A DNA stretch of 64,000 nt, from contig JALMLS010000500.1 in the NCBI GenBank assembly GCA_038496445.1, positions 18,972 through 82,971 on the forward strand, in the 5' to 3' direction. The position numbers were made by a program, and so were the translations under genes. Below are positions 26,101-38,033 of this stretch, in pieces. Position 1 is the first letter of the stretch. Each line of letters starts with the position of its first letter. This DNA is from Trichosphaerium sp. ATCC 40318. Its lineage: Eukaryota; Protista; Tubulinea. The notes under the pieces were generated by a model. The model worked only from the letters and a program-made list of their open reading frames with translations. It searched no databases and had not been told where the DNA came from.

Positions 26101-29100
26101 CAACTAGGTCGCTTACGTCGTTCTACAATGCCACGTCTTCAAAAAGGTAAGAAATATTCAACACTTTTTGGTCCCTTTGTCAAAGAAGTGGTGCCGTGAC
26201 AGCTGTGTTGGTGAACCTTTTTATGCTTATATTTTATGCTTTAGGTGCTGGTGGAACATCAGACTCAAACGCATCTGAGAAAGAAGTAATGGCAGGTCGT
26301 TTGATTTGTGATACTTGGGTATCTTCAAAAGAATTCGCACCAAAGTCCTCCAACTACAAACTCGCCACACTTGCTAGAAGCCAGCTTGGTATCAAAAGGT
26401 ACTTACTACTCAACATTCTCTCGATGGGTTCTTTCTGTTTTCTTGCTGTATCTCTTCTTATAGCTGTTCTAGGAGAGAAATCGAGAACGATAAGATTGTC
26501 AACTACTACCAAACATCAAAATCTCTCATGTTCCTTTGCGAGCACAACTCAAATGATGCTTACTTATCTTTCCTTCTAATGAACAAACTCAATGTCTTGC
26601 CTCTCACAAAACAACTCACAACACTCTGTGGTAATAGATGGAATAGATCTCTTAGCTCAGTAGGTTCAGAGCGTGTTGAGTACCTATTGCTTCATGAATT
26701 CCATGCCTTGAAATACGTTGTTCCTGATAAGGAGTACTTATCCAGAAAAGGTACCCTTCATCTCTCCTTGTTTGCATTTCTTTGCTTCATTTTTAAACCA
26801 TGTAATGTCTTACACGTTGTTTGTAGAATGGGCAAAGAGAAAGGGCGCCAAATTGGTCGGTGGTAAAGTCCTAGAGCCAAAGAGCGGTCTATATGATAAA
26901 TGTGTTCTCTTGCTTGATTTCAACAGTTTGTATCCAAGTATCATTCTGGAGTACAACATTTGCTTTACAACTGTTGAGCGTATATCATGTGCTTCTGATA
27001 AGCATGATACAACAACATGGGAAGCTGCTGAACCTGGTCCAACAGTAGAAACTGGTATACTGCCTCGTGTAATTGGAAACTTGGTGCGTTTTTTTCTTCA
27101 ATTTCTCTTTTTTTTCTTATGTTGGACTATCTCTGACGTTCTTCCTTTAGTTGAAGTCTCGTGGTGTAGCAAAGAAGATGCTTAAATCTGCAACAGAACC
27201 ATCTAAAAAGCAACAATACAACACACAACAATTGGCGCTTAAACTCGTAGCAAATAGCATCTACGGTTGTCTCGGTTTTACCAACTCAAGGTAAGCTATT
27301 TGTTTGCTAAGGAAAAAATAGCAAGATCTCATCTTCTCTTAGGTTCTACGCAAAGCCTTTGGCTTCCCTCATTACTGGCAAAGGTCGTGCAGCCCTAGAC
27401 AAATGTAAAACGGTCGCAGAAGAGCAACTAGGTCTTAACGTATGTATTTTTCTTTACTTAAAGCCTTCCAATGTTCTACATAAACTTAACTCGGTCATTA
27501 GGTAATTTATGGTGATACTGATTCCATTATGGTTTACACAGGTCTAACAGACCTTGTCGAAGTCAAAAAACTTGCCCGTGTTGTCATTGACGCAATCAAC
27601 GAGTCATACAAGCACATTGAACTTGACATGGATGGTATCTTTAAACGCATGCTTCTTCTAAAGAAAAAGGTACCTCGACTTTACCTCTTACCTCACATCA
27701 CTCAGCTTTGCTTGTACTCACCTATTCGTTAGAAATATGCATCTCTTATGATTACTGAACATCCTGGTAACAAAATTACAACGTATCGCGAATGTAAAGG
27801 TTTGGATTTGGTCCGTCGTGATTGGTGTGTTCTAAGTAAAGAAATGGGTTCTAAGATTCTTGATGATATCCTTTCTGACAAAAATGGTGATGAAGTTGTT
27901 GAAAGCATTCACACCTACCTTACTGATATTGTACACCTTTTACTCAATAGTAGTTTTTCTGTCGCACACGCAAAGTACTGACCACTATTTTTAGGGCGAA
28001 AAAATCCGCACGGCAAAATTCCATTGTCTAAATATGTTGTAACAAAGAGTCTCACTAAAGCTCCAAAAGACTATGCTCACCCAGAACAACATCCCCATGT
28101 TGTTGTCGCTCAGCGTGCACAAAAAAATGGCAAACCTGTTCGTGTAGGTGATCATATTGAATATGTCATTATTGAAGACAAAGACACGAGTCATATAGCC
28201 CAAAGGTACACCTTTTCGACTTTGTTTAATGTTTCAGTTTGTTGATATTTATGATAGGGCTCGTTCACCGGAAGAGGTTGCAAAATCTCAAGGTAAAATG
28301 GGTATTGATATTAACTGGTATATTACCTCCCAACTATTGCCTCCAAGTACGATTTTGACTTCGAGAAAAAACCTAAAAGCTTCGAAAAAGCTAACTCTTG
28401 CTCCCTAGCTTCTCGTCTATGTGAGTACCTTGAGGGAACTTCTCATAGACAACTCGCTATTGCTCTTGGTGTTGATCCTGCTAAATACACAGCAAACACT
28501 TCAAGCACATCAGGTACTTCATTGCTCTCCAGTCTAAAGACTTTTTTTTTTTTGGCTTTGTAAAATGTTGTTTGTCTTCTTGTTTGACGTTATTCTAGAG
28601 TATCTTCCTAGAGGCAATGTTAACGACACAATTAAATACAGAAATTGTGAGAAAGTTGTTCTTGTTAATCCAAAAACACGTGAAGAGCATGAGTTCAAAG
28701 GTGTTATGGATCCTCGATTTTTCTCTGATCCTAGTGGCACTTTGCTTTTCTCTGGTAACCCCTTTTGACTTCTTACTCTAAAGCACTTATTAACTCTCTT
28801 CCAAATAGATGGTACTCCAATATCTGCTGGACGATTACTTAATGCGTTACAGATGCTTGCAAGAAAGCACTTGTACGTTATATTTTTTTGATACTATTTT
28901 TTTTTGGAGTACAAGTGTGTTTGAGGCGCTAACTTTATTCTTCTTTAAGGAAAATGTACTATGACTACAACATGGTTTCTACAGAGCCTACAATGAGGGT
29001 AAATACGCCTAACTTTATCTGGAAGAATGGTACTGCACAAAATTTTTGTTTCAAGGAAACAATACTAACCGAAAACGTTTAGATCGACCAAAAGTCATTG

Positions 29101-29524
29101 TTGATGGCACCCCAGTCATTGTCACCAAAGAGTACCCTGCAGTAAAGCTCCACTTACAACTTGAGTACATGTATAATATGTTCAATATTGAGCGCAAGCG
29201 ACAACGTGAAACTAACGCGGGTACGCATAATATTTTTTTTCATTTTTTTCCTTCTTGGAGAGTTACTTGCTTTTTTGGATACTGATTGCTCTCTTCTTTA
29301 GGTGCTTGGTCTAATTTCGAAAAAAGACTCGATGTTACTACAAAACACATCTTCGCTCAATGTGGCAAGGCTGTCAATGCGTATGCTTTGATTTTTTGTG
29401 TTTTTTTTACCTTCCTGTTGTGAAATTCTTAATTTATTCTTGCTTTAGGCATTTGAGCAAGAATGCTTTCCACTGGGTATCTTTGGGTAAACTATTTGGA
29501 GATATTTACCCTTCCGATATGTAA
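23138..29524 (+). CDS. POLA1: DNA polymerase alpha catalytic subunit, multi-exon
   Basis: Family B motifs [35 protein letters not shown] and [10 protein letters not shown]. Pol alpha-specific [36 protein letters not shown] and [11 protein letters not shown]. Confidence 0.96.
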
Positions 29525-29633
29525 AAAAGAAGAATTTTAAAGAATGAGTTGTCTAAATGCGTCGAAAGGTTAAGTTGAAATGTATAATGTAATGTAGCAT
29601 ATAAAGCAATCCTTAAATGATCTTTGTCCCTTT

Positions 29634-29914
29634 CTAAATATTTGATATATTAAACATATCTGGCGTGGAGAACTCAGAGTTGTGGTTTCCTGACATTTTG
29701 TGGCTGTACAAATCGAGTTTTACGGACGGTGCATAGTCAACCTAGAGGCGTAACAGCTAGAGGCAGCGCACTGTGAGGTTTATGTTCAAAATCCTTGTCA
29801 GCTGCTGGGTACTTTGATGATTTTCACTCCCTTTGTTTGAGAGGAGTGCCTTCTTTTGCTCTTTTGTAGCTTCTGCACTGATGCTTCAGGAACAGGTTCC
29901 TTAGCTTTATCCAT
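29634..29914 (-). CDS. Possible small two-exon hypothetical protein (~75 aa)
   Basis: MDKAKEPVPEASV...KIIK splices in frame via GT..AG to VDYAPSVKLDLYSHK...NI*. No homology recognised. Confidence 0.3.
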
Positions 29915-30057
29915 CCATGTCGGCAACCACCAAGGTCAATAGCATAGATACAGAAAGTGTTCGAAAGCAGAAGTTCAGTAACCACTAATATCAATCTTTA
30001 TTATTGTATTTACAGAAAATTTTGTGCTAAAACATGAACGTGCATACCCGTCATACA

Positions 30058-30576
30058 TTAGTACTTACGTTGTATTATGTAGCTAGGGGTTGAAACCTTA
30101 GGCTTGGGTTTAAATGAAGGTTCTATTGGAAGTAGCCCATAGTAATCCACTACAAGAGCGAGTTTGTTGTCTTTACAGCATGCTTCTCTTAAAGAAGAGA
30201 TAGGAGGGGTTGTTGTCAGCGCACATGCTCGAAGATGGTCCAAAATAATGTCAAACCTTTTTGGATTTAAATCCAAAAAGAATCGGTTTTGTTTATCTCT
30301 TGCAAGGCTTTTATTCCATCTACCACTGAACATTGCTGCTAGTAACGAACCCTCTACTTGACAAAGAGTACGTCTAGTAGTAGAAATGTTCGTCCCGCCA
30401 ACATTAAGGTCTATAATATCATTTGGACTACAACTCTTGTAGTCAGCCATTAATTCCTTTTCTCGTTTGAGTTGCTTTTTGTCTTGTTCTAATTTACATC
30501 TTTCCTTTGAAATATCTTGCTTATGCGCTTCTAATTGTTCATCTACAAACTTAAATACTTTATCTAAGCTCTGCAT
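30058..30576 (-). CDS. KCTD-type BTB/POZ domain protein with an N-terminal coiled coil
   Basis: IIDLNVGGTNISTTRRTL...SLLAAMFSGRW...RFFLDLNPKRFDIILDHLR. Appears intronless; a further 3' exon is possible. Confidence 0.88.
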   Translation of the reverse strand: MQSLDKVFKFVDEQLEAHKQDISKERCKLEQDKKQLKREKELMADYKSCSPNDIIDLNVGGTNISTTRRTLCQVEGSLLAAMFSGRWNKSLARDKQNRFFLDLNPKRFDIILDHLRACALTTTPPISSLREACCKDNKLALVVDYYGLLPIEPSFKPKPKVSTPSYIIQRKY

Positions 30577-30879
30577 GCAGCTGTGCGGTGTTATTAGTAA
30601 TTGTGCTTTAAATAGACTTGACTAAATTGGACCGTCGTCTGGCTCTTCATCGTGCTTAAAAGGGCTATGCTTGTAAGTCTTTGCACATCGCTAGTGTTCA
30701 ACCTTCATTAACAAGAGCTTTTGTTACAGATAACTGCATTCTTAATTACATTCTCGTGAAATCATAGTTCGAGTTAGCGATTAGTGCACAACCGAATAAA
30801 TGTGATAGTCTAGCGTTGGTTATAATTAATCTATATGTACAGATCCTGTGCATAGTTTATGATGGCGTTCATGCTCCAT

Positions 30880-31464
30880 TCACTTATTGTTTCTGTGTCC
30901 TCTAAGCTGTGGGCAACCATATAGTGTATGAGAACTATAAGCTTCACAAAGTATACATGTTTCTTCCACAGGACAGTTAAGGGCAAACCGTATATCTGAC
31001 TCTATGCTAACCAAAAATTCTCGAGCATCTCGGGTACTAGTGAATGTCACAGTATAAGTCATAGATCTTTGTCCTTTCAGTCTTCTTGTTCTAGAGTAGG
31101 TAAAGTGCAGAGTGTTACAGAAATGCAATGGATATCGTGCTGCCTCTAAAATCAAGGTTGACATCTTCTCAGCTATCTGTTCTGAGCTTTTAAGCAAGGT
31201 TAACGACTGAGTATTCTCCACATCTTTAGGAGGCTTTGATATATCCATTTTAACACCTGTGAACCAGAAAGCATCACTAGCAACCCAGTTTCGGAGAAAT
31301 ACTTCAATTGTATCTATTTCACTATATATACTTGCAATATGATACCTCCAAGCTTTACTAACGTGTCTGAATACATGAAGGTTCAATACAGGCAAATAAG
31401 TAATAATTTTCCTTTGTATTTCTTGAGGCAGTATCTCTTCCACTACTGAGACACAAGTGTCCAT
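30880..31464 (-). CDS. Intronless F-box protein with a C-terminal Cys/His motif
   Basis: LPQEIQRKIITYL...FRHVSKAW (F-box) and C-terminal CILC...H...CP. Confidence 0.75.
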   Translation of the reverse strand: MDTCVSVVEEILPQEIQRKIITYLPVLNLHVFRHVSKAWRYHIASIYSEIDTIEVFLRNWVASDAFWFTGVKMDISKPPKDVENTQSLTLLKSSEQIAEKMSTLILEAARYPLHFCNTLHFTYSRTRRLKGQRSMTYTVTFTSTRDAREFLVSIESDIRFALNCPVEETCILCEAYSSHTLYGCPQLRGHRNNK

Positions 31465-31624
31465 AATGTTCGAGTAACTTCGATGACGTTAACTATTACA
31501 ATCACGTATAATTGCATTGACTGTTGTCAACGATTATTTGATCACGTGACTTGGGGGTTTTTTAACACAAAAAGAAGGCCATTTTTTGAAACGAAAGTTC
31601 GTAAGACTTGGTTTGCACACAATA

Positions 31625-33138
31625 ATGGTGCATTGGCCTACCGAAACGAACCATACGCTCGCAAATTGTGACTTTTTCACTGTTCTTCTATTCAAAAAGG
31701 TGCCATTGTACGATGTAGTAATAGGTGCGTAGAGTAATGCGTTCTCGAGCGTAAACTTGATCTAACAGATTTATAGCGCTACCAGTCGTTGTATTATTCT
31801 TCTGGCTTATCGTAAAGCTCCGAGGGCACTTGATAGTACGTAGTATATCCATAATAATACAAACAAAAAACGATATTAGAGAATGAGCGTTAAAAACCAG
31901 TTAACGGACTGATGTTCATTTTAGGTGTTGTCTCTTACAAAAAACAAAGGCATGAAAGCAGCACTAATGTAAACAAAACTCAAAAACACGTGACTTGTAA
32001 CTTATTCACGTTTTTAGATTTTTATGGGTTGTTGGTATCCTCAATGTTGGAAAGGCATTAGTATTAATAGTAGGGCGCACGCCTGGTACGTTATGATCGC
32101 ATATAATTGTGATATACGTTACATTTATTGTTGCAACTGTCTTACATCCTTAAGGGAGAGCGACACAGTCGCCCTACTTCAAAATTGCGTGGGCTGTAAC
32201 CCATAGCGCAGCAGTGAGTCTAGAAGTATACATTGATTTATTGGTAATTGTTCTCATGTACATTGTTGTCTTACCGGTAAACAAACAGTATCCTTACCAA
32301 GAAATATTGTAGCTTTGGAGTAAAATGGACAGGTCTTAAGATTAGGTTATACTCAACTGTATTGAAAATTATGGCCATTGCTGCGATAATAGCTGCCTGT
32401 CTTGATTGTTCAATCAAACTTTTCATCTTGTTCGAGGTAGGTGAAGAAGTAGACCAAATTAAAAGTGGCAGAGTCAGGTAAATGTTTGCCTTTTGTTGAC
32501 TATCTTGCTCATATCTTTACGTATAGCACTATATACTGGTTACTCAGAGAATCGATTGGTGTGATCCTATATATAGTCATGTTTTTGGTTGTTGCATTCA
32601 GCTTGAAAAGGTTCGCTCGAGTGTCTGTGTTTAACAATACTAATAGTTTTTGATGTTAAGTGAAAACTCGAACTTTGGGTTGCATGGTCTTCGTATGAGA
32701 GTTATGCCAGGTATCGTGCATTCATATGATAAGTTATCCTAATATCTATTCAATAGTAAAATGGAATCATCTACTCGTGTTATCAGTGCTGTTAAGCCAG
32801 TACGCCTTGTCAACTTCAGGTACAAAAAAAAAAGATGTGTTTGCATTCTCATTTGATCTAGGTTGGGTTATGGTATTTTATTCTATTGATGCAGCGACAT
32901 GGTAAGTATTTATGAAGTGATGTACTGCTATGAAACTCTGATTTCTTTCTTTAGTGTTGTGGATTCCAGTAATCTTGTTTTTTTGTTCGTATTTCCACCA
33001 ATGGTTTACATGACGTTAATGAGTAAATTTTTCCAAAAAGCAGAACATTGGCCATTGATGAAACAACAACACAAAGCAAAACGAGTTCAAGTGGGTACTA
33101 AGAGCGAACGTGCTCCTTTTTTGGATCCTGAGAACTGA
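31625..33138 (+). CDS. Seven-TM TPRA1/GPR175 (Tmemb_40, CAND2)-like protein
   Basis: YDVVI|ALPVVVLFFWLIVKL and CVVDSSNLVFLFVFPPMVYMTLMSKFF resemble the TPRA1 family termini; several hydrophobic exons lie between. Confidence 0.7.
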
Positions 33139-33404
33139 AGTATCCATGTAAAAAAAAATTTGAAACCAAAACATTTGTAAACTTCGATATACTTTATTCC
33201 AAACATTGAGATAGCCCTAAAATAAGCAATGTTACTGCAACTTGTAATGAAGATTGTTCTCGCAATAAACCAGTACAGTTTTCACATATTCATGGAATAA
33301 TGCTCGTAGAAAAATACGAGTAAGTTTCATAACCCCAAAAAAACATGGTGTGGCGAAGTAAGCATTAAGCACTTACTCTGGTTTAAGTAACAGCTTGTCA
33401 AAGG

Positions 33405-34281
33405 ATGACTACAACTAACGACTACGCAACCGTTACGCAAATTACATTTGAATCAACCGCTCCTGAATCATCTCTTATTTCACGTCATAACGCCAATCGT
33501 AATGTAGGAGATGACGTAGAAGATAACAATGAAGTCGCTCTCGTTACTCCAGGTTCAATACGAAACGTTTAACCCAAGTTTATTCATTTAACAAGCTGTC
33601 CAACATGTTTTTTTGACTCCCTTGCGCAGATACTGATAAAGAACACGTGATAATTCCGGAAATGACTATTTCGCCACCTACGGTTCTCTTTTATACCCTA
33701 AAACATAGTACATCATCTAATTGATAAGGCTGTTGCACGTAGGACAAGTATTGGTGTAAATGGAATTAGAATGAGAAATACACGTGTTGTTTTGCTTCTC
33801 ATTGGTGTCACGAACTTAGTAAGTACAGAAATACCTTTCAAATGACGATGTTAGGCTGTGGCGCTTGTATCTGCATTTTTCGATAGGCTATGGATGCTAT
33901 CTGGTGTTGTAGTTCTTCCACTTGCGCTATTGGCAATCTGGCGCAAGAACACATTATTTTGCTTGCTGGTACCCGGTTTGTGGAGTGTGGATTGTGATTC
34001 TAACCCTAAGTATTAGCTGGCTTGTGGTATATTAATAGACATTGTTGTACAAGTTATTTTTGCAATGAGGAATGACGGGCGGGTACTTGTGTTTACAGTT
34101 GATGCACTTCTTGCATTACTTAAGGTAATTTCAATTTCAACCGTCTATCCAGTTTACTGACAGCTTTAAGCTACTTTCTTTGTACTACACATATCGCTTT
34201 TGGAAGGTAGTACAAGTACGCAATAAATATAAAAAGCGTGAGAACTCGTTGCGTGAAATGGACGATGATATGTACTTGTAG
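33405..34281 (+). CDS. Hypothetical four-TM membrane protein, multi-exon
   Basis: Exons join in frame: polar N-terminus, then RVVLLLIGVTNL|AVALVSAFF..., LACGILIDIVVQVIF and ALLALLK|LLSLYYTYRFWK...MYL*. Confidence 0.6.
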
Positions 34282-34372
34282 CAAAATATTTGGACACTGT
34301 CCAAAATCAGTGCTGAAAATAAAATGATTGATAAAACACTTAAACTAAATGATGATTTAACCAAGCAACAAC

Positions 34373-35151
34373 ATGAATAAGAACTCTACGAACAACTTTG
34401 ACGCTTTTCTAGAAAGTACAATTATAACAGGCGATGATATGAGGGCTACATTACTCAAACACTCTGAAAGCAGCATGATAGAATTGTACAAAACAGCAAC
34501 TAAAAAGCAGTGGGCTAACCTCCAGGCTATGCTTAATCGTAGTAGTTCAGTTGATAATGAACTGGCAAAGTCGTTGGTGCTCATAAATCTATTGCAGCTA
34601 TTACGCGACATGGAGTAGGTAAACAAGTCGCAAAATATGGTTTATATCTAGACGTATTCAATCAATCACTAATTTCTTAGCGACTTTCCTGGACGTCAAA
34701 ATTTTATCCTACGTATGCGAGGGCAACTAAAAGTACACAGGAAACTATTTGTAGGAGAAATGGAAACCAAGAATGCATTCAATAGGTCAGAGAAAAAAAC
34801 TAGTACAAGTTTTATACTGTAGCTCTCAATCTTCCATTTATGGATCGTAAAAAGAGAAAAAAATCGGATACACAAGTTAACAGGCAAACAAAACGCAGAC
34901 GATTGATAAAGGAAGATAAGGAAGTTAACGACGAATGTTTAAATAACTCTGAAGAGAATGTCATTAATAGTGATGAAGAAAATGACGAAGAGGAAGACAA
35001 GAAAGTTGAAGCAAATGACGAAGAGGAAGACGAGAAAGTTGAAGCTAATGAACAGTGTTTAAATAACTCAAAAGTAGGTACGAGCACTACCTACTCAAAG
35101 AAGCAAGAAGAGCAATGGATGGGCAGAAGAAATGTCGAGAAGCATTTGTAG
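34373..35151 (+). CDS. Hypothetical protein with a basic NLS-like segment and acidic repeats (3 exons)
   Basis: Three exons join in frame via GT-AG; contains RKKRKK and RRR plus E/D-rich repeats. Confidence 0.6.
34981..35050 (+). repeat. 33-bp tandem coding repeat (NDEEEDKKVEA, two copies)
   Basis: aatgacgaagaggaagac(a/g)agaaagttgaagc is duplicated head to tail. Confidence 0.85.
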
Positions 35152-35408
35152 ATATCCATTTCTGAACAAAGTTTTATTTTTTGTGGATCGAGTTTGTTTT
35201 TGTATGAGATTGGTTTAGGATTTTCTTCAATTTCAAACCCATGTTCTCCTTCTCCAAGCTTTTTGCTACTTTGAATGATGTTGTGGTGTATGTTTATGCA
35301 TGTAACAAATAGCTGGGCAGATTGTCTACAACGATTTCCTAACTTATCCAAATCCAAATTGCTTCAAGGTGTACTCTCACTGTGGATGTAAGGCATCTTC
35401 TCTACAAG

Positions 35409-37023
35409 CTACAGTAGCATAATTTGAACACTATCAGCATGCCCCACAATCTTTTTGAAAAAAAAGGGTTAATTAAACCATCACACGTGATTTGTTTTGT
35501 ACCAGGAACTCGGGTGGGATACTATTAAGTAATTTTATTGGCTTATTTAAGAATATAGTCTTCTTGCACCTAGAACGTGATAGCTCAATAACTTCTACAA
35601 TACAACATCAGAAACTCAGCTATAATATTCTTTTATAACGTACTATCTTGGCCTATATATACATGCGCCAATAAAATCTTTGAAGCTGAGAACAAGTACA
35701 ACGTGTGACCAAAATGCTCTTGTGATTTTTCTATGTGAAAGAAATAAACACAGTGAGAAAATTAGTTTCAAATACCGTCACGTGGTGCTATAGCAAGGTA
35801 TTGGTTATCTGAGGGCAACATTTCTTCATTATCTACAAGAAGAGACCACAAACCAATCTGTGTATGAACCGTAAACAAGTGAAAAAAGTGTAAAAAACAA
35901 AAACAAATTTATAGCCACCAGCTTTTAACTTACTTCAAAAGGTAATATGATAGGTGCTATTGCTGTCAACGCCAGCGTTTGTCTTATTTGTAATAAGAAA
36001 AGATGATGCGTTTCATCCTTTGTCACGTGTTAGTATGATCTAATACTCGTGTGGCGTACTTCACAAACAACAAGTGATTTTGACAGGAGTTCCAACTTTA
36101 TAAATGAACCTTTGCCTGCACGGAGAAGCAAACCACCTGGTATCACAGATTTTACATCACTTTATAATGTGAGTGAACATGTGGCGTACAGAGATTGAAC
36201 GTACGGCAAACGAGGCTTTTCTCTGGTATCAGTTGCACGTGTTCCAAAAATAATTTCTTCCTCATCGTAGCTCTCTGTTAAGGGCATACTATCATTCCCA
36301 TGTAACAACAGAACACGTATACCTTCATCGTTGCCGATAATTAAGTGCGTTTTTGTAAGCAGAGATGTAGTTGGAACCTTGTAAAAACAATAAGAAAGCA
36401 AAGACCAAAACTCCTATTCAAACCTTCGCCAACTTGAAGATTCTGAACCACTTGATTAGAATTTCGTTCTTTTGAGGCTCTTTCGTTACTTTACCTATGT
36501 GCATTACTGGTGGGTCATGCGTGGTGACTCCCAAAATATTGTCTAAGATTGGTAAGTGTCATTCGCGTTTTGAAATGTGTTAACCATGTGAGAATACGTT
36601 ACAGCCAGTGGCCATTGTCAACGTTAGAGTGTTTTTCGTTTTGCTGTTTGTTTGAGGTAAAACGTCTTGTGATTGGCTAATACCAAGTTGTATAACGTGA
36701 GCATCTAGGCTGTACGCTTCTAGTCCTTCTGAAACGCTACATACGGCTATTGTATCTTTTCCAGCTACCAACCAGCAAATTGAGCTGCAGTTAGATACCA
36801 ACAGCTATGTTTAGTTAAATACGCGGTTTGAACCATCAAGGCTAACTTTTGGCTTATTTTCTTCTGTGTGTTGTACTATGGCGTCACCTGCTCAAATTAA
36901 CTTCCAGCGCATGGTTGGTGCATCTGCGTACCTTTTTCAGAGACAAACGCAACACATTTCGTTAGATTGTCTACATGAATTCTACTGTTGTTTGGTAGGT
37001 CAACAGACTCTACTACGGACATT
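35409..37023 (-). CDS. Hypothetical multi-exon protein, possibly beta-propeller-like
   Basis: First exon MSVVESVDLPNNSRIHVDNLTKCVAFVSEK; last exons ...PPEFL|IVGHADSVQIMLL*. GT-AG introns; no family recognised. Confidence 0.55.
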
Positions 37024-37091
37024 ATGACGATTTTAACACCAAAATGACATCTGTAGCAATTAATAAAAGTCAACAGTCATCTCCCAGTACG

Positions 37092-37876
37092 ATGCTGCGC
37101 CTAACAAGGCGCCCACTGTGGCTAGCGAAGACTATGACAGCGTTAACTACACCAAAACGTTTTGTACGTGTTTTTGCTGACTGTAGACTTACAAGTGTTA
37201 AAAGAACCTCACACATGTTGATTCCACTGGCACACCAACAATGGTAGATGTTTCAACAAAATCAGTCACGAAACGCACAGCAACCGCGAGATCATCAGTT
37301 TTACTGCCCAGTACGCCATTTAATGGCTAAAACACCTTACAAATACAGAGGAAATTTCTGACAATATCAAGCTGGAAAAAGGTGATGTTTATGCAAAGAA
37401 AGGTACATAGCCACATCAACATAGTTAATACAAAGTGGTGAATCACGTGCTTACACTTCAAAAACAAGGTCCCGTGTTTGCAACAGCTATAGTAGCAGGA
37501 ACCATGGCAGCAAAGAAAACATCTGACATAATCCCCTTTTGTCATCCCGTGGGTGTAGAAAGTTGTAAGATAAACATCAACATGAGTAATGATGCAGTAC
37601 GTTATGCAAAACCTCCCAATATTGACATACACTAGCAAAAGGTATTAATCGAAAGTACAGTAACCTGTACCCACAAGACTGGTGTTGAGATGGAGGTACA
37701 TACCAAATCATTTTCTGATTCTTCAGCATTAACTTTTTTAGGCACTTACAAGTGCCTCTGTTGCTGCCTTGACGGTGTATGACATGCTCAAGGCGCTCTC
37801 CCATAATATTAAGATAACTCAAACAGAGCTGATAGAAAAGACTGGGGGTAAATCCGACCTAAAAATAAAATCTTAG
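37092..37876 (+). CDS. moaC: Cyclic pyranopterin monophosphate synthase (MoaC/MOCS1B/Cnx3) with a probable mitochondrial presequence
   Basis: [15 protein letters not shown]...[24 protein letters not shown]|[16 protein letters not shown] and KTGGKS. N-terminus [10 protein letters not shown] is Arg-rich. Confidence 0.95.
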
Positions 37877-38033
37877 GTAGTAAGAAACTTGTTTGAAAGT
37901 CGGTTGCTTGCCAAAATAATGAGTTTTCATCAACACTTAAAACCTGAACTTGGCACATTCCTGAAATACAACACGCACTCGTAGCTACAGTAAGGTTTTA
38001 AATATAACGTTCGTAAATACTGTATAAGTCTCC

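Noticed and set aside
23138-29524. Viral or Polinton family B polymerase
   Set aside because: It is intron-rich with Pol alpha-specific motifs, and no capsid, integrase or terminal repeats are nearby.
35091-35357. Antisense coding overlap between two hypothetical genes
   Set aside because: Splicing ends the minus-strand gene at about 35409, so this ORF is probably 3' UTR.
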